This document shows positions 19,026-29,201 of a DNA stretch of 64,000 nt, in pieces (within the stretch, counting starts at the first letter, position 1; every line of letters starts with the position of its first letter). The notes beneath the pieces are model-generated. The model worked only from the letters and a program-made list of their open reading frames with translations. It was not told where the DNA came from and searched no databases. The stretch covers positions 1 to 64,000 of the IMG/VR virus record IMGVR_UViG_3300035698_020241. One strand, written 5' to 3'. The stretch is from a virus. The position numbers and the translations under genes are program-made.

Positions 19026-20218
19026 TGGGATTATTAGAATTACAACACAGATTAGAAAAAGTGAAAGGTACTCATGTAAGTATACTATCACAATCGGAGA
19101 TAGCCTCTACTAAAGAGTGGATGCCAACGCCGGCGTTAGATTTAAACCGCATATTATCAGGGTCACTATTCAAAGGACTTCCAAGTAAAACCTTTACTCT
19201 ATTTATAGGACCCGAAGCTACTGGAAAAAGTAGTTTCATGTGTTTGTGTTTATCAGAAGCCCAGAAACAAGGATATACCCCTGTGGTTATTGACACAGAG
19301 GGTGCATGGACTTCTGACTTTGTGACCAGATGGAACCTTAACCCTGATAATATGCTTTATATATACACACCATGGATTGATAAAGTAATATCAACACTTG
19401 GTGAGATAATACAATCAGGAGAAGAAAAAATTGCTATTGTTCTTGATAGTATTGGTGGTCTTGAAAGATATAAAGTAATGACTGATATTATCGGTAAAGA
19501 CGGAGCAGTTGCAAATGCGGCAAAAGCTGACCAAGGACAACTTCAAAAAGAGATCAAAAGAATGTTGAAGATGTTAGTGAATATATGTAAGGCTCAAGGA
19601 AGTATAGCAATGGGTGCAGGACATTATTATGGTAATCCTACTGGATATGGTGATCCTGATCAAATAGGTGGTGGAAAATATATAAGACTGGCAGCTGATA
19701 CTATAGTGTCTCTTAAAAGATCAAAACTATTTGAAAATCCAAATGCATCAGGTCCTGCAAGAGGTGATGTAATAGGAAGTTTAGTTAAGGCGTGTACTTT
19801 AAAAAATAGATATTATCCTCCATTTGAAGAAGCAATAGTTGAAATAAACTATAAGGATGGTATAAACAAATATGCAGGTATTATGGAATTACTTGTAAAG
19901 GCTAATATAGTTTCATTAGGTGGCGGTGGTTGGTATGATATTGGTGGACAAAAATATCAAGGTAAACCTAAAGCAGAAGCTGCTTTAAGTACTATGCCCG
20001 ATATTTTCAATAAACTTAATAAGTGGTTAGAATCAACTGGATATTCAACTGTCAATGAAAATGTAAAGGCAGCCGAGGAATTACTTGTTGAACCAAAAGA
20101 AAAAACAGGAAAACCAGAACCACCAGAAGACAGAAAGGTAAAAGAAGGCACACAACCAACTGCTATAAAGAAGAAAAAACCTGTAAAAAAAAGTACCACA
20201 AGGATAACTAAAAAATAA
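19025..20218 (+). CDS. uvsX: RecA/UvsX-like recombinase
   Basis: Walker A GPEATGKS, VVIDTEGA, IVLDSIGGL, GGGKYIRLAAD, KNRYYPPF. Lys-rich C-terminal tail. Confidence 0.92.
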   Translation: MGLLELQHRLEKVKGTHVSILSQSEIASTKEWMPTPALDLNRILSGSLFKGLPSKTFTLFIGPEATGKSSFMCLCLSEAQKQGYTPVVIDTEGAWTSDFVTRWNLNPDNMLYIYTPWIDKVISTLGEIIQSGEEKIAIVLDSIGGLERYKVMTDIIGKDGAVANAAKADQGQLQKEIKRMLKMLVNICKAQGSIAMGAGHYYGNPTGYGDPDQIGGGKYIRLAADTIVSLKRSKLFENPNASGPARGDVIGSLVKACTLKNRYYPPFEEAIVEINYKDGINKYAGIMELLVKANIVSLGGGGWYDIGGQKYQGKPKAEAALSTMPDIFNKLNKWLESTGYSTVNENVKAAEELLVEPKEKTGKPEPPEDRKVKEGTQPTAIKKKKPVKKSTTRITKK

Positions 20219-20457
20219 TGAAAGAAGATACAGCTAATAGAATAGCACAAAGTCTTGAAAATTTAGTGGCATCAATGAATTGTATAGAAGGTAGTATAAC
20301 ATTGTTAAATGAAAGGTTATACTCACTAGATGATATCAATAATAATATTAGTGGTATGAATTCTAATATGTACATGGTTTCTACTTATTTACAACAAAAT
20401 AATGAAACTATGGCAAAACTGATGGAAAAAATAGAAAAAAATGGAGTGTGGATATAA
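20218..20457 (+). CDS. Hypothetical coiled-coil protein
   Basis: Coupled ORF. Confidence 0.5.
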   Translation: MKEDTANRIAQSLENLVASMNCIEGSITLLNERLYSLDDINNNISGMNSNMYMVSTYLQQNNETMAKLMEKIEKNGVWI

Positions 20458-20825
20458 CACAAGGGGGTGATAATATGAAGTGTGTTGAACAATGTGAGTT
20501 TCAGAAGTTTGCAGAAGGATGTTTCTACTGTTTATTTTATGATGGAATTATACTTACAGCTGATAAACCTCTTTCTATAGACAAAGGTGATAAAATTATC
20601 ATACATAGGTGTGAAAAGTGTGTAGAAGAAGAACTTATTGGTAGTAATACCACATTAGAAACTGCTAGAAAACTTAAACAATATTTAGGTACAATGGCAG
20701 ATGAATTTTATACTTTTAAAGATGAATTTGAAACAGGTCTAACAGAAATGTATAGACTTATTAAAGGTATTGAATATAATGCAGAAAATGAATCAGAAAT
20801 GAAGGAAGTAAAAGATGAAAGCTGA
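20448..20825 (+). CDS. Hypothetical Cys-containing protein
   Basis: ORF within the operon; probable start at MKCVEQC. Confidence 0.5.
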   Translation: MDITQGGDNMKCVEQCEFQKFAEGCFYCLFYDGIILTADKPLSIDKGDKIIIHRCEKCVEEELIGSNTTLETARKLKQYLGTMADEFYTFKDEFETGLTEMYRLIKGIEYNAENESEMKEVKDES

Positions 20826-21033
20826 TGAATGGTTTAGAGTAAAAATAGTAGAAGATATGACCACAAGTAAGCTTAAAGTGGGTGACAAATTTCTTACTGG
20901 TAGTAATGTAATAGGACAGAAAGAAAATAAAAAAATAGGCGATCAAATAACCTATTTTGAAGTTATTAGTATCAATAATAATAACGTGAGGTATATAATG
21001 AAAATTGAAATATTAAAGGAGGTAAAAAGGTAA
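20815..21033 (+). CDS. Hypothetical protein
   Basis: Overlapping, coupled ORF. Confidence 0.5.
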   Translation: MKADEWFRVKIVEDMTTSKLKVGDKFLTGSNVIGQKENKKIGDQITYFEVISINNNNVRYIMKIEILKEVKR

Positions 21034-21034
21034 C

Positions 21035-21292
21035 ATGAATGAGTTAGGAGTATACAAATTTGGGTATGAAAAGAGAAATGTTAACGGAGATACCACAAAC
21101 TGGAAAATATGTATTGGCGCTTATAATATAGACGATGCACAAGAAGCATTAGTAAAAGCTGTAGGTAATGTTAACATTACAGAACGTGGTTTTGAATGCA
21201 GACTTGATCATCTTAGTGATAGACTAAGAAATAAGATTGTAGAGAATGCTCAACCTAAGAAAAAAGGACCAGGCAGACCACCAAAGAAATAA
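21035..21292 (+). CDS. Hypothetical protein with AT-hook-like C-terminus
   Basis: GGAGG RBS; ends KKGPGRPPKK. Confidence 0.55.
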   Translation: MNELGVYKFGYEKRNVNGDTTNWKICIGAYNIDDAQEALVKAVGNVNITERGFECRLDHLSDRLRNKIVENAQPKKKGPGRPPKK

Positions 21293-21313
21293 AAATAAGA
21301 AAGGAAAAGTGTT

Positions 21314-22159
21314 ATGTTAATAGGCGAATACAATTTGTGTGAACACTTAAAAATTACTTTAAGTAAAAAAGGTTTCACAGTTTTAAATCTTGAAGGTAGT
21401 GATTTCCCAAGAGTTGATGGTATTATTATTGATTGGGTAACAAAAAATAATAAAAAATTTACACACCAAGCAGCTCTTGTGGATCACTATGCAAGGAAGA
21501 TACCAACATTTTTATATGATAGATTTTCAGCTCTAACATATAAAGAGTATAAGTGGCTTAGTAAATTTAAGGTAAAGTTCTATGAACCCTTAATGTTAGG
21601 TAGGAGAGGTTTTGACTATCTACCTCAATGGACCCGTATGCTCGAATATGAGGAGATACCAAACACTGAGACAATGTATAGAATTGGATATACAGGGGAA
21701 TTATCAAATGATAGGATAAAATCATTTGAGAAGTATTATAAAGAATATGCGTCCCTATATCCAAAAGATAAAGTTGTATATAGTGATGGAATATCACATA
21801 GAAAGACAGAAGAATATAGGAACTTTAATTTAAATCATAAAACATTCCATTGGAGTAATACAAGTTTTACAATACTTATAGATTCTTTGAAGAATTATAA
21901 TTCTGGGTTTTTAGACCCTCTTATATTCTCAGCTATGAAGAATGGTTGTTGTCCTTTACTACCTATTGAACATAAATATTTTCATGCTATGTTCAAAAAT
22001 TTAGTAGTAAAGGATGTTGATGATATTTCTTTCCTTTCAGGTTCATGTAAAGGAATTAGGGATGTTTTAATAGAAGAAATATACCAAAATATCAAAAACT
22101 TTTACCCTGAATTTACAATAGATTACGCTACAAGTACAATAATAGATAGTTTTAAATAG
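21314..22159 (+). CDS. Putative GT-B glycosyltransferase-like protein
   Basis: IGYTG...NDRIKSF and GFLDPLIFSAMKNGCCPL resemble the C-terminal donor-binding region of GT-B enzymes. Confidence 0.45.
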   Translation: MLIGEYNLCEHLKITLSKKGFTVLNLEGSDFPRVDGIIIDWVTKNNKKFTHQAALVDHYARKIPTFLYDRFSALTYKEYKWLSKFKVKFYEPLMLGRRGFDYLPQWTRMLEYEEIPNTETMYRIGYTGELSNDRIKSFEKYYKEYASLYPKDKVVYSDGISHRKTEEYRNFNLNHKTFHWSNTSFTILIDSLKNYNSGFLDPLIFSAMKNGCCPLLPIEHKYFHAMFKNLVVKDVDDISFLSGSCKGIRDVLIEEIYQNIKNFYPEFTIDYATSTIIDSFK

Positions 22160-22164
22160 GAGAA

Positions 22165-22464
22165 ATGATGAAAGCAGATATAACGATAAATAGACAGATT
22201 ACCATAAACACAGGCAATTATAGTGCTGTTAGACCATCAGTATCGGTAACTCTTAAAGATGTTGATGCTAATAAAATGGGTGATTCTTACAAACAACTTG
22301 AAACAATAGTTGATGGTCTTTTTGCTCTTGAAATGGCAACATTATTAAAAGATCAAGATGAACTAAACGGTGTGCCTTTGAATCTTAAAAGGACCATAGA
22401 AAGCATAGAATCACATAGAGATCAAATATTTGAAAGTTTAGAGGAGGATATATTCAAAGTATGA
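22165..22464 (+). CDS. Hypothetical protein
   Basis: GGAG RBS; ends EEDIFKV. Confidence 0.55.
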   Translation: MMKADITINRQITINTGNYSAVRPSVSVTLKDVDANKMGDSYKQLETIVDGLFALEMATLLKDQDELNGVPLNLKRTIESIESHRDQIFESLEEDIFKV

Positions 22465-22670
22465 TACCTGATAATATAGACAAATTAAAAGACCTACCAA
22501 ACCTGGTAGTAAATATAAAGCCGGGCAAAGCATGTTTTTTTTTGCGCATATGTCCATTAAGTAAAGGATGTATTGGAGCTATAAAAAATAGTAAACTGAG
22601 AAATAAGAAATGGCAATGTGATATAAAAGCATTGAAGGAGATGTACAAAATTGAGAGTGATTCGTTCTGA
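22461..22670 (+). CDS. Small Cys-containing hypothetical protein
   Basis: ATGA-coupled ORF. Confidence 0.45.
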   Translation: MIPDNIDKLKDLPNLVVNIKPGKACFFLRICPLSKGCIGAIKNSKLRNKKWQCDIKALKEMYKIESDSF

Positions 22671-23322
22671 TAAGAACCCGAAAGTATTAGTAGTAACACC
22701 TTTATTAAAAGGTCATAAAATTTCAAAAGATACAAAGAAAACAATTAAAAGAAATACAACTCCCATTGTATGGATAGCCAGTGAAGGAAATAATAATATA
22801 CCTATAAACATACAAAATGGTATCAATTTTTGGAAAAAAGAAGGTAACGAATTACCACCTTATCTTTTACCATTGGATAATGATATAATTTTAGGTCGTC
22901 ATATAATAGATAGACTTGTAAAGAAATTGGATAGGACTGGTGATGAAGTTGGATATGCATATGCATCATTTGAATATAAGGGTCATATAAATAAAAGATT
23001 CCCAGCAGTACCTTTTGAAGCACAAAATTTAGTTAATGCTAATTATATTAGTAGTAATTCTTTGATTAAGATAGGTCATTTAATTGCGGTAGGCGGTATG
23101 GTTACCGATGAGAAATACAAGCGACTTCTTGACTATTGCATGTGGTTAAGATTTCTATATTTTGGCGTGGTTGGTGTACCTTGTCCAGAGGCTTCATTTG
23201 TAGCCGTTTCATCTAAAGATGATATATCAGCAGGCACATCAGAAGATTACCAGTTGAAATATCAAAGAGTTAAAAAGGATTTTATTGAACCAATTATAGA
23301 GAAATACAGCGCCAATTCTTAG
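22651..23322 (+). CDS. GT-A (GT2-like) glycosyltransferase
   Basis: VLVVTPL, YLLPLDNDIIL (DxD), NYISSNSLIK, LLDYCMWLRF. Confidence 0.72.
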   Translation: MRVIRSDKNPKVLVVTPLLKGHKISKDTKKTIKRNTTPIVWIASEGNNNIPINIQNGINFWKKEGNELPPYLLPLDNDIILGRHIIDRLVKKLDRTGDEVGYAYASFEYKGHINKRFPAVPFEAQNLVNANYISSNSLIKIGHLIAVGGMVTDEKYKRLLDYCMWLRFLYFGVVGVPCPEASFVAVSSKDDISAGTSEDYQLKYQRVKKDFIEPIIEKYSANS

Positions 23323-24001
23323 ATTTACCATTTCTGAGCATACATTGGTAAGATATACTTCTTCGTTTGCAAAATTCTTGAATTGTTGAACTATTAACAA
23401 TGAACTTTTTACGAAGGGGAGATGTAAATTCATAATATCTTCTACCTTTTTCACTAATTTTCTTTTTTGCATCGTCAGTATGCGTTTTACCAAAGAATGG
23501 ATGATTTTTACCAGATAATTTTTTACTAATCAATTCCCTATGTTTTTCATCTTTCCACATCTTCTTAGATGCTTTACTTATTTTTCTTTTCGCATCATCT
23601 GTATGTGTTTTACCTTTCATATGGTGGTTATTTGATACTGTAAAACTTATTTTCTTTCTAACTTCCGGTCTCGTTGAAGGATTTATAAATCCTTCAGGTC
23701 TTTTATATCCCAACACACCTTCTCCACCAAATGTTAAATTATATCCACCATTTTTACAATATGTATTATAATATCTAATGTACCATTCTTCTGCTAAATC
23801 TAATTCTTCTTTGGAATTACATTCTTCTATAATTTCCCATTCAAAATTTTCCTTGCCATATTTTCTCAAAGAATTATGAAAATATGTTGATGATGTCTTA
23901 GAAAGTCTTATATGTGTAGCCTTTCTATATTCAAATTTTTGTGTTGTTTGGCCTATATAGGACTTTCCAGTTATAATATTTTTGGATTTATAAATTAACA
24001 T
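23294..24001 (-). mobile_element. GIY-YIG homing endonuclease with NUMOD3 repeats
   Basis: LIY...SYIGQT, FHNSLRKYG, GYNLTFGGEG, KTHTDDAK repeats. Sits at the convergence of the two gene blocks. Confidence 0.88.
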
Positions 24002-24006
24002 ATTTT

Positions 24007-24282
24007 CTACTTAGAACGCCAAACATCTTCGGTTTCACCTGTACTCCAACCCTCACCAGTGTCCCATATTTTATCCTTTTCATCACTACCGGTATCTTTC
24101 CAGCCATCATTTTTAGGTGAACTACCCCCCATTTGTTTTACAGTTTCGTCAATGATATCATCAAGGAATCCTCTTCCTGGTTCTGTTATTTCATTTTTTT
24201 CAGCATCACCATTTATTTCACCATGATTAGGTATAGGATCACTAACATCATCCTTGTCATATATATCGTCAAATATTCCCAT
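24007..24282 (-). CDS. Acidic hypothetical protein
   Basis: Strong RBS; D/E/G-rich. Confidence 0.55.
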   Translation of the reverse strand: MGIFDDIYDKDDVSDPIPNHGEINGDAEKNEITEPGRGFLDDIIDETVKQMGGSSPKNDGWKDTGSDEKDKIWDTGEGWSTGETEDVWRSK

Positions 24283-24302
24283 CTTTTTCCTTCCTTTCTT
24301 TG

Positions 24303-25121
24303 TTAAGGTTTAAATAATTCACAGTAGGATTTAACACTCATACTGGTTTCAAAATTCAACATTTCCTTAGCATCTTTAATATTTGCTAAATTCCACGCTA
24401 CACCAATTCTATCACTTTTTAGATTAGATGTAAACGAACTTTTAAAGTAAGAGGCCAAAGTAGCCACAGAGACAGGAATTCCTGAACCTATATCAATAGG
24501 AGAAAATATGGTGCTTTTATTACAAAGTGCTTTGTATATAGCCCTACATACATCCACTACATTTATAAAATCTCTTACCTGAGAACCATCTCCATTTACT
24601 ATCATTGGTTCACCATTCTTTACAGCTTTGGCAAATTCTGAAACTACTGAATCTTTTGTCTCTATATAATCATTACCACCGTATACATTACAGAGTCTCA
24701 AAACTTTTATATTGGCATCTTTTCTGTTGAGTCTTTTCGCCTCAACTTCTGCCATGTACTTTGTCATAGCATAAAAATTTGCGTCGGGTTGTTTTGCTGC
24801 CTGTGATGAAGTAAATACTGTGGGTATACGATACTTGTGAGCCAAATTGAATAAATGATAACTAGCCGATATATTACTTATTACAGCTTGTTTCATATCA
24901 TCCATACAATCCTTGATACTTGATATAGCGGCTAAATGTACTATACCGTCATATCTTTTGAATTTTCTATTATCTTTAATACATTCAACATTATTACCAT
25001 CAAGTTTATCAGCAATATCCACTTTAACTTTATAGTTTTTTAAAAAGTTTTTTAAATTTTTTCCAATATATCCACGACCACCAGTAATAAGAACTCTTTT
25101 CATATTAATTTGTACCTCCAT
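24303..25121 (-). CDS. NAD-dependent epimerase/dehydratase (extended SDR)
   Basis: VLITGGRGYIG, IVHLAA, FTSS, YAMTK (YxxxK), LRLCNVYG, NGDGSQVRDFINV. Confidence 0.92.
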   Translation of the reverse strand: MEVQINMKRVLITGGRGYIGKNLKNFLKNYKVKVDIADKLDGNNVECIKDNRKFKRYDGIVHLAAISSIKDCMDDMKQAVISNISASYHLFNLAHKYRIPTVFTSSQAAKQPDANFYAMTKYMAEVEAKRLNRKDANIKVLRLCNVYGGNDYIETKDSVVSEFAKAVKNGEPMIVNGDGSQVRDFINVVDVCRAIYKALCNKSTIFSPIDIGSGIPVSVATLASYFKSSFTSNLKSDRIGVAWNLANIKDAKEMLNFETSMSVKSYCELFKP

Positions 25122-25288
25122 TTTTTATTTTTACAATAATTCATAATAATTTTTACATGTTTACCAGTTGTCCAATGAAGTATCGGCGCTGCCTGGGTTA
25201 TAACACAATTCTTGTTGACTACAATCCCAGCACAAAAATGAGGAGCTGTAATCTGAATAAGTCTATATTTCTTTAATATCTTTCTCAA
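25100..25288 (-). CDS. Hypothetical protein
   Basis: APHFCAGIV...AAPILHW small phage ORF. Confidence 0.5.
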   Translation of the reverse strand: MRKILKKYRLIQITAPHFCAGIVVNKNCVITQAAPILHWTTGKHVKIIMNYCKNKKWRYKLI

Positions 25289-25460
25289 TATGTCCTGTTT
25301 TCTTCGACGGCATCGCTAAAACATTTACAGTATGACTGAACACATCATCAAGATACACATCAATATGCACGTTATACTTTTCACCCTCAACTCTACGATA
25401 TTTTAAATCAATTTTTCCATGTTTTATAAACCATAAACACAACTTTTTGAAAAATTTCAT
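25263..25460 (-). CDS. Hypothetical protein
   Basis: Coupled ORF. Confidence 0.45.
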   Translation of the reverse strand: MKFFKKLCLWFIKHGKIDLKYRRVEGEKYNVHIDVYLDDVFSHTVNVLAMPSKKTGHIEKDIKEI

Positions 25461-26212
25461 TATTCTACACCTTTCTCTAATATTTTATTAATTGCATCTT
25501 GAATTGCATCTACTGTAAATGCAAAACTTATACCCTTACTCTCAGGTATAACAGCCCAAGTAATACCTATAATTTCATATCTGGCATTTCTGTTATTATA
25601 TATGAGTACTGGTGCTCCACTATCACCAGGATTTGTTGGTATTGTAGTAACAAAACTAAGTGGCATATAACCACTTTGACTATTATAATTACCTTTTACT
25701 AAATCTGTTGCTGAGATAATACCTCGTTTAACATTAGGACCTTCACCTAAAGACCAACCTCTTGTGATAACTTCTCTACCTACTATAGTTTCAGATACAT
25801 CAGCAAAATATAATCCTTCAAATGGTAAGTGTGTTTTAAAAAGGCTAATATCGTTATCTCTTCCTAATAATATTATCTGGTGCTCACCTATATAATGTTT
25901 TTCATTAAGCATTTTTACCTTCATTTCTATAAGAACATTTTTTGATGTTTCAACAAATACCGGATCTTCATCTTCTTTTGTCGCATGTGTTAAGGCTATT
26001 ATATATCCATTTTCTAAACTTATAGCAAGACCATGTTTATTACAAATCTTAACCTCTTCACCTATTTGCATTTCTGACACTGTTTCTATCAGAGTTATAT
26101 TTTCAATTATACAGTCCCATTTACTTGATTTCAGTACATTCCCACTACCATAAATACCACTGGCACATGAAATAAAAAATAAAACAAATAACAATAATAC
26201 ACAATTTTTCAT
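25460..26212 (-). CDS. Trypsin-like (S1) serine protease with putative lipoprotein signal
   Basis: N-terminal MKN...LLLFVLFFISC. Catalytic His (ALTHA), Asp (DISL) and Ser (NPGDSGAP). Confidence 0.78.
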   Translation of the reverse strand: MKNCVLLLFVLFFISCASGIYGSGNVLKSSKWDCIIENITLIETVSEMQIGEEVKICNKHGLAISLENGYIIALTHATKEDEDPVFVETSKNVLIEMKVKMLNEKHYIGEHQIILLGRDNDISLFKTHLPFEGLYFADVSETIVGREVITRGWSLGEGPNVKRGIISATDLVKGNYNSQSGYMPLSFVTTIPTNPGDSGAPVLIYNNRNARYEIIGITWAVIPESKGISFAFTVDAIQDAINKILEKGVE

Positions 26213-26224
26213 AATATAAATCTC

Positions 26225-26896
26225 CTATAATCCTTTAAACCACTCTTTTTTAACCATTTTACATCTTCTCATTTCTCTTATAACTTCACCATAATTTGAT
26301 ACAATAACTTTAGTACTTGGGTATCCATGTTTACTCAATGGCACATCTATTATGGGGTTTTTATTTATTCTCAATAAATTATAAATCTTACCAACATGCA
26401 TCATACCTCTATTTTTATCGGTCAATTCTTCATATGATATTTTCAAATATCTTTTACCTTTAAAATATTTTGTAAGCTCTTTATTAGCCTTGTTTATCTT
26501 GTTAATTTTACTAGGTATTTTAGTCATATCTATTTTAGGAGAAACCTTTACATCCTCTAATATTATTTGTTTTATTACATTTTCCCTGTAAAGATGTATT
26601 ACATAAATATCATTATTCTTTATATAATCTTTAACAAGTGGTGTTTTTGATAAATGTTTATGAAATAATTTGAAACCGTCATATTTGTTATTAGATAACA
26701 TTTCGTTCAAACAATTTGATACATCAATCAAATTTTCTAATTTAATAAGGTCTTTATTATTTTCATATACATTAAAATCTCCTAAATTTCTTAATGCTGA
26801 TGTTAGCCTTGATATTCCTGCCCCTGGCATTGATGTTATTACGAACTTCTTATTACGTTTATTCATACAACCTTGTTGGCTTTGCCTCCTATACAT
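26225..26896 (-). CDS. Sulfotransferase-like (Stf0-type) protein, divergent
   Basis: KFVITSMPGAGISRL (degenerate 5'-PSB loop), GFKLFHKHL, VIHLYREN, ISYEEL. Confidence 0.55.
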   Translation of the reverse strand: MYRRQSQQGCMNKRNKKFVITSMPGAGISRLTSALRNLGDFNVYENNKDLIKLENLIDVSNCLNEMLSNNKYDGFKLFHKHLSKTPLVKDYIKNNDIYVIHLYRENVIKQIILEDVKVSPKIDMTKIPSKINKINKANKELTKYFKGKRYLKISYEELTDKNRGMMHVGKIYNLLRINKNPIIDVPLSKHGYPSTKVIVSNYGEVIREMRRCKMVKKEWFKGL

Positions 26897-27828
26897 TCTA
26901 ATATATTTTTCATTCTTACTTTACAACTATGTTTTTCCTGAATATAAGTAAAAGCTTTGACTCTCCTCTCCATAGTGTTTCTATCCTTCCAATTATTCCA
27001 TTTATCAAGTACATAAAATAAATCAGATTGTGTATAACCATAAAAAGGTACATACAAATCATCTGGTATTATTGATTCCATACCCTTAAATTTTCTTGCT
27101 ATAAAGAAAGCTCCTGTACCTAAATACTGAAATGGTCTAACATCAATAAATCCATCTATATCATATCCTGTGCATAGTCCTAATATACACTTTGCAGATA
27201 TAGATAGTTTAGCAGTTAGATGTCTTTTATCACGACGACTTTGTGTGGGAAATATCATTATATCTTGATGTTTTTGCATCAATTCAATAAATTGTTTTCT
27301 ATCTGGATGTTCATCTACATCACCTGTAAATACAGGTATATCATAAGATAGTACATTATCATGTACAGCAAGTTCATCATAACATAATGATGAATATGGA
27401 CTATAATGAACAGGTACCTTCCATGCTTTACTCATATTTTCTACACCACATCTATTACTTATAAATGCCATATGTATAGCGTGGGAGATATCTCCCATAT
27501 ATCTATCTTGCATTCCGTTTGATTCAATTTGTGCGTCACCGAGTGTATGAATAACTTTAACTCCAAGTTTCTTATTCAATTTTTCATACAAATCTAATAC
27601 TTTAGCGACCGTGTTTACTTTACCGTAGAAACTCAAGTTGGTAAAAACGATATCAGGTTTTATTTCTTCACATTTTTTATATATCTGTGGGATTGATGTG
27701 GTCTTATAATCTATTTCAAAGACCTCATGACCGTTGGCTCTACAACCTTCAATATGTGTAAGACAAAACCAACTATATATACCTTTACCCGTAAGTGATT
27801 TAACAGTACCTAATATTACAATTTTCAT
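26863..27828 (-). CDS. GT-B glycosyltransferase (CgeB/Glyco_trans_1_2-like)
   Basis: PVFTG...PDRKQFI, RPFQYLGTGAFFI, KHSCKVRMKNI. Confidence 0.7.
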   Translation of the reverse strand: MKIVILGTVKSLTGKGIYSWFCLTHIEGCRANGHEVFEIDYKTTSIPQIYKKCEEIKPDIVFTNLSFYGKVNTVAKVLDLYEKLNKKLGVKVIHTLGDAQIESNGMQDRYMGDISHAIHMAFISNRCGVENMSKAWKVPVHYSPYSSLCYDELAVHDNVLSYDIPVFTGDVDEHPDRKQFIELMQKHQDIMIFPTQSRRDKRHLTAKLSISAKCILGLCTGYDIDGFIDVRPFQYLGTGAFFIARKFKGMESIIPDDLYVPFYGYTQSDLFYVLDKWNNWKDRNTMERRVKAFTYIQEKHSCKVRMKNILECIGGKANKVV

Positions 27829-28217
27829 ACTTTAAATAATTCATCCTCCATCTGATCTATTTCTGGATCATCACTTACTGTTCCTTCACTATCAGGAGGC
27901 CATTTTTTATATATTTTCTCATAATCAAAAAGTGTCTTCATATATCTATCTTTAATAAGTTCTTTTAAAACATCAGTCAACTCATCATTTGAAAGTGCGA
28001 AATTTAAACAATATTGGTTTAATTCCTGAAAAGGATCTTCCTCTCTAATTTCTAACTTCATGGATGGCGGTTCTGTTCCTATTCCTATATTATCATTAAC
28101 ACTAAATGAAAAATAATCCTTCTTTTCATATTCACGCATTTCTCGTCTTATATTTATTCCAAAACTTACTGAGCCTGGTCCATTATCATACCAATCTCCA
28201 TAACTATCATATTCCAT
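27825..28217 (-). CDS. Hypothetical protein
   Basis: Coupled ORF. Contains NIGIGTEPPSMKLEI and ends EDELFKV. Confidence 0.5.
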   Translation of the reverse strand: MEYDSYGDWYDNGPGSVSFGINIRREMREYEKKDYFSFSVNDNIGIGTEPPSMKLEIREEDPFQELNQYCLNFALSNDELTDVLKELIKDRYMKTLFDYEKIYKKWPPDSEGTVSDDPEIDQMEDELFKV

Positions 28218-28247
28218 TACAAATCTCCCTGAATTCTTTCTATTTTA

Positions 28248-29201
28248 TTAACAAATCTCTTTAACATGTTCTATAAACTCCTTTGCACGTATCTCAACTG
28301 TATGTCTTTCTTTAATTAATTTTTGACCTTCTATTGATATTCGTTCTATTTTATCATTATTTTTTAAAAGACTCTCAATCTGTTTAGAGATATTATTCTC
28401 ATTAAGAACAACTATGTTCTTATTTGGCTCAAAACCTAAATCACTCAATTCATTAAACCAATTAGATAATAACAATGTCCCACATGCAGGTATTTCCATA
28501 AATTTCATTACTGGATAATTAACTGTCGCACCTGTTGCTATGGAAATTTTAGCACTACTAATTAATTTAGCATATTCTAATCCTTGTGGATATTTGTAAA
28601 TCTTCTCAAGGGTTTCTTGGGATCTATTATAGTAATGGAAATATGACTTTCTTTTTAGTTCTTGAACAATCTTCCATCTTAATGGGTAATGAGTGGAAAT
28701 TGTTGCACCAGTAAACACGACATCTTTGTTCTTTTTACTATAATTTTTAAATATGGAATCTACCGCATGTGGTAACCATATACACTTATTTGTTTCTCTT
28801 AATCCTGGATGAAACACATCTAATGAGTTATTATAACGATGTAATATTATAAAATTATGCTTCTTTGCTAACTCAACTTGTTTTTCAATAACAGGACCAT
28901 GAAGATCCTCTAATATCATAAAAACAGGTATATCAATATTAGACCAGTCCTCATTCATATAGGCAAATAAGGCATCACATACAATTATATCATATTGGTT
29001 TATATTTAATAAAAAATCTAAGACCATAGGTTCTACTAATTTATTAGAAGTTGTTAATTTACTATATTGACCTGCTGTCATTGGCAATTTCTTAAAATGA
29101 GTAAACACCTTTGTTTCTTTGACCACGGCATCCCTTAGAGTATCAAAATGCCGTGCAACTCTTGCTGATCTATCAATTGCTAACCATAATATTTTAGACA
29201 T
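28248..29201 (-). CDS. GT-B glycosyltransferase (CgeB/Glyco_trans_1_2-like)
   Basis: WLPHA, DVVFTG...YPLRWKI, KFMEIPACGTLLLS, HTVEIRAKEF. Confidence 0.8.
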   Translation of the reverse strand: MSKILWLAIDRSARVARHFDTLRDAVVKETKVFTHFKKLPMTAGQYSKLTTSNKLVEPMVLDFLLNINQYDIIVCDALFAYMNEDWSNIDIPVFMILEDLHGPVIEKQVELAKKHNFIILHRYNNSLDVFHPGLRETNKCIWLPHAVDSIFKNYSKKNKDVVFTGATISTHYPLRWKIVQELKRKSYFHYYNRSQETLEKIYKYPQGLEYAKLISSAKISIATGATVNYPVMKFMEIPACGTLLLSNWFNELSDLGFEPNKNIVVLNENNISKQIESLLKNNDKIERISIEGQKLIKERHTVEIRAKEFIEHVKEIC

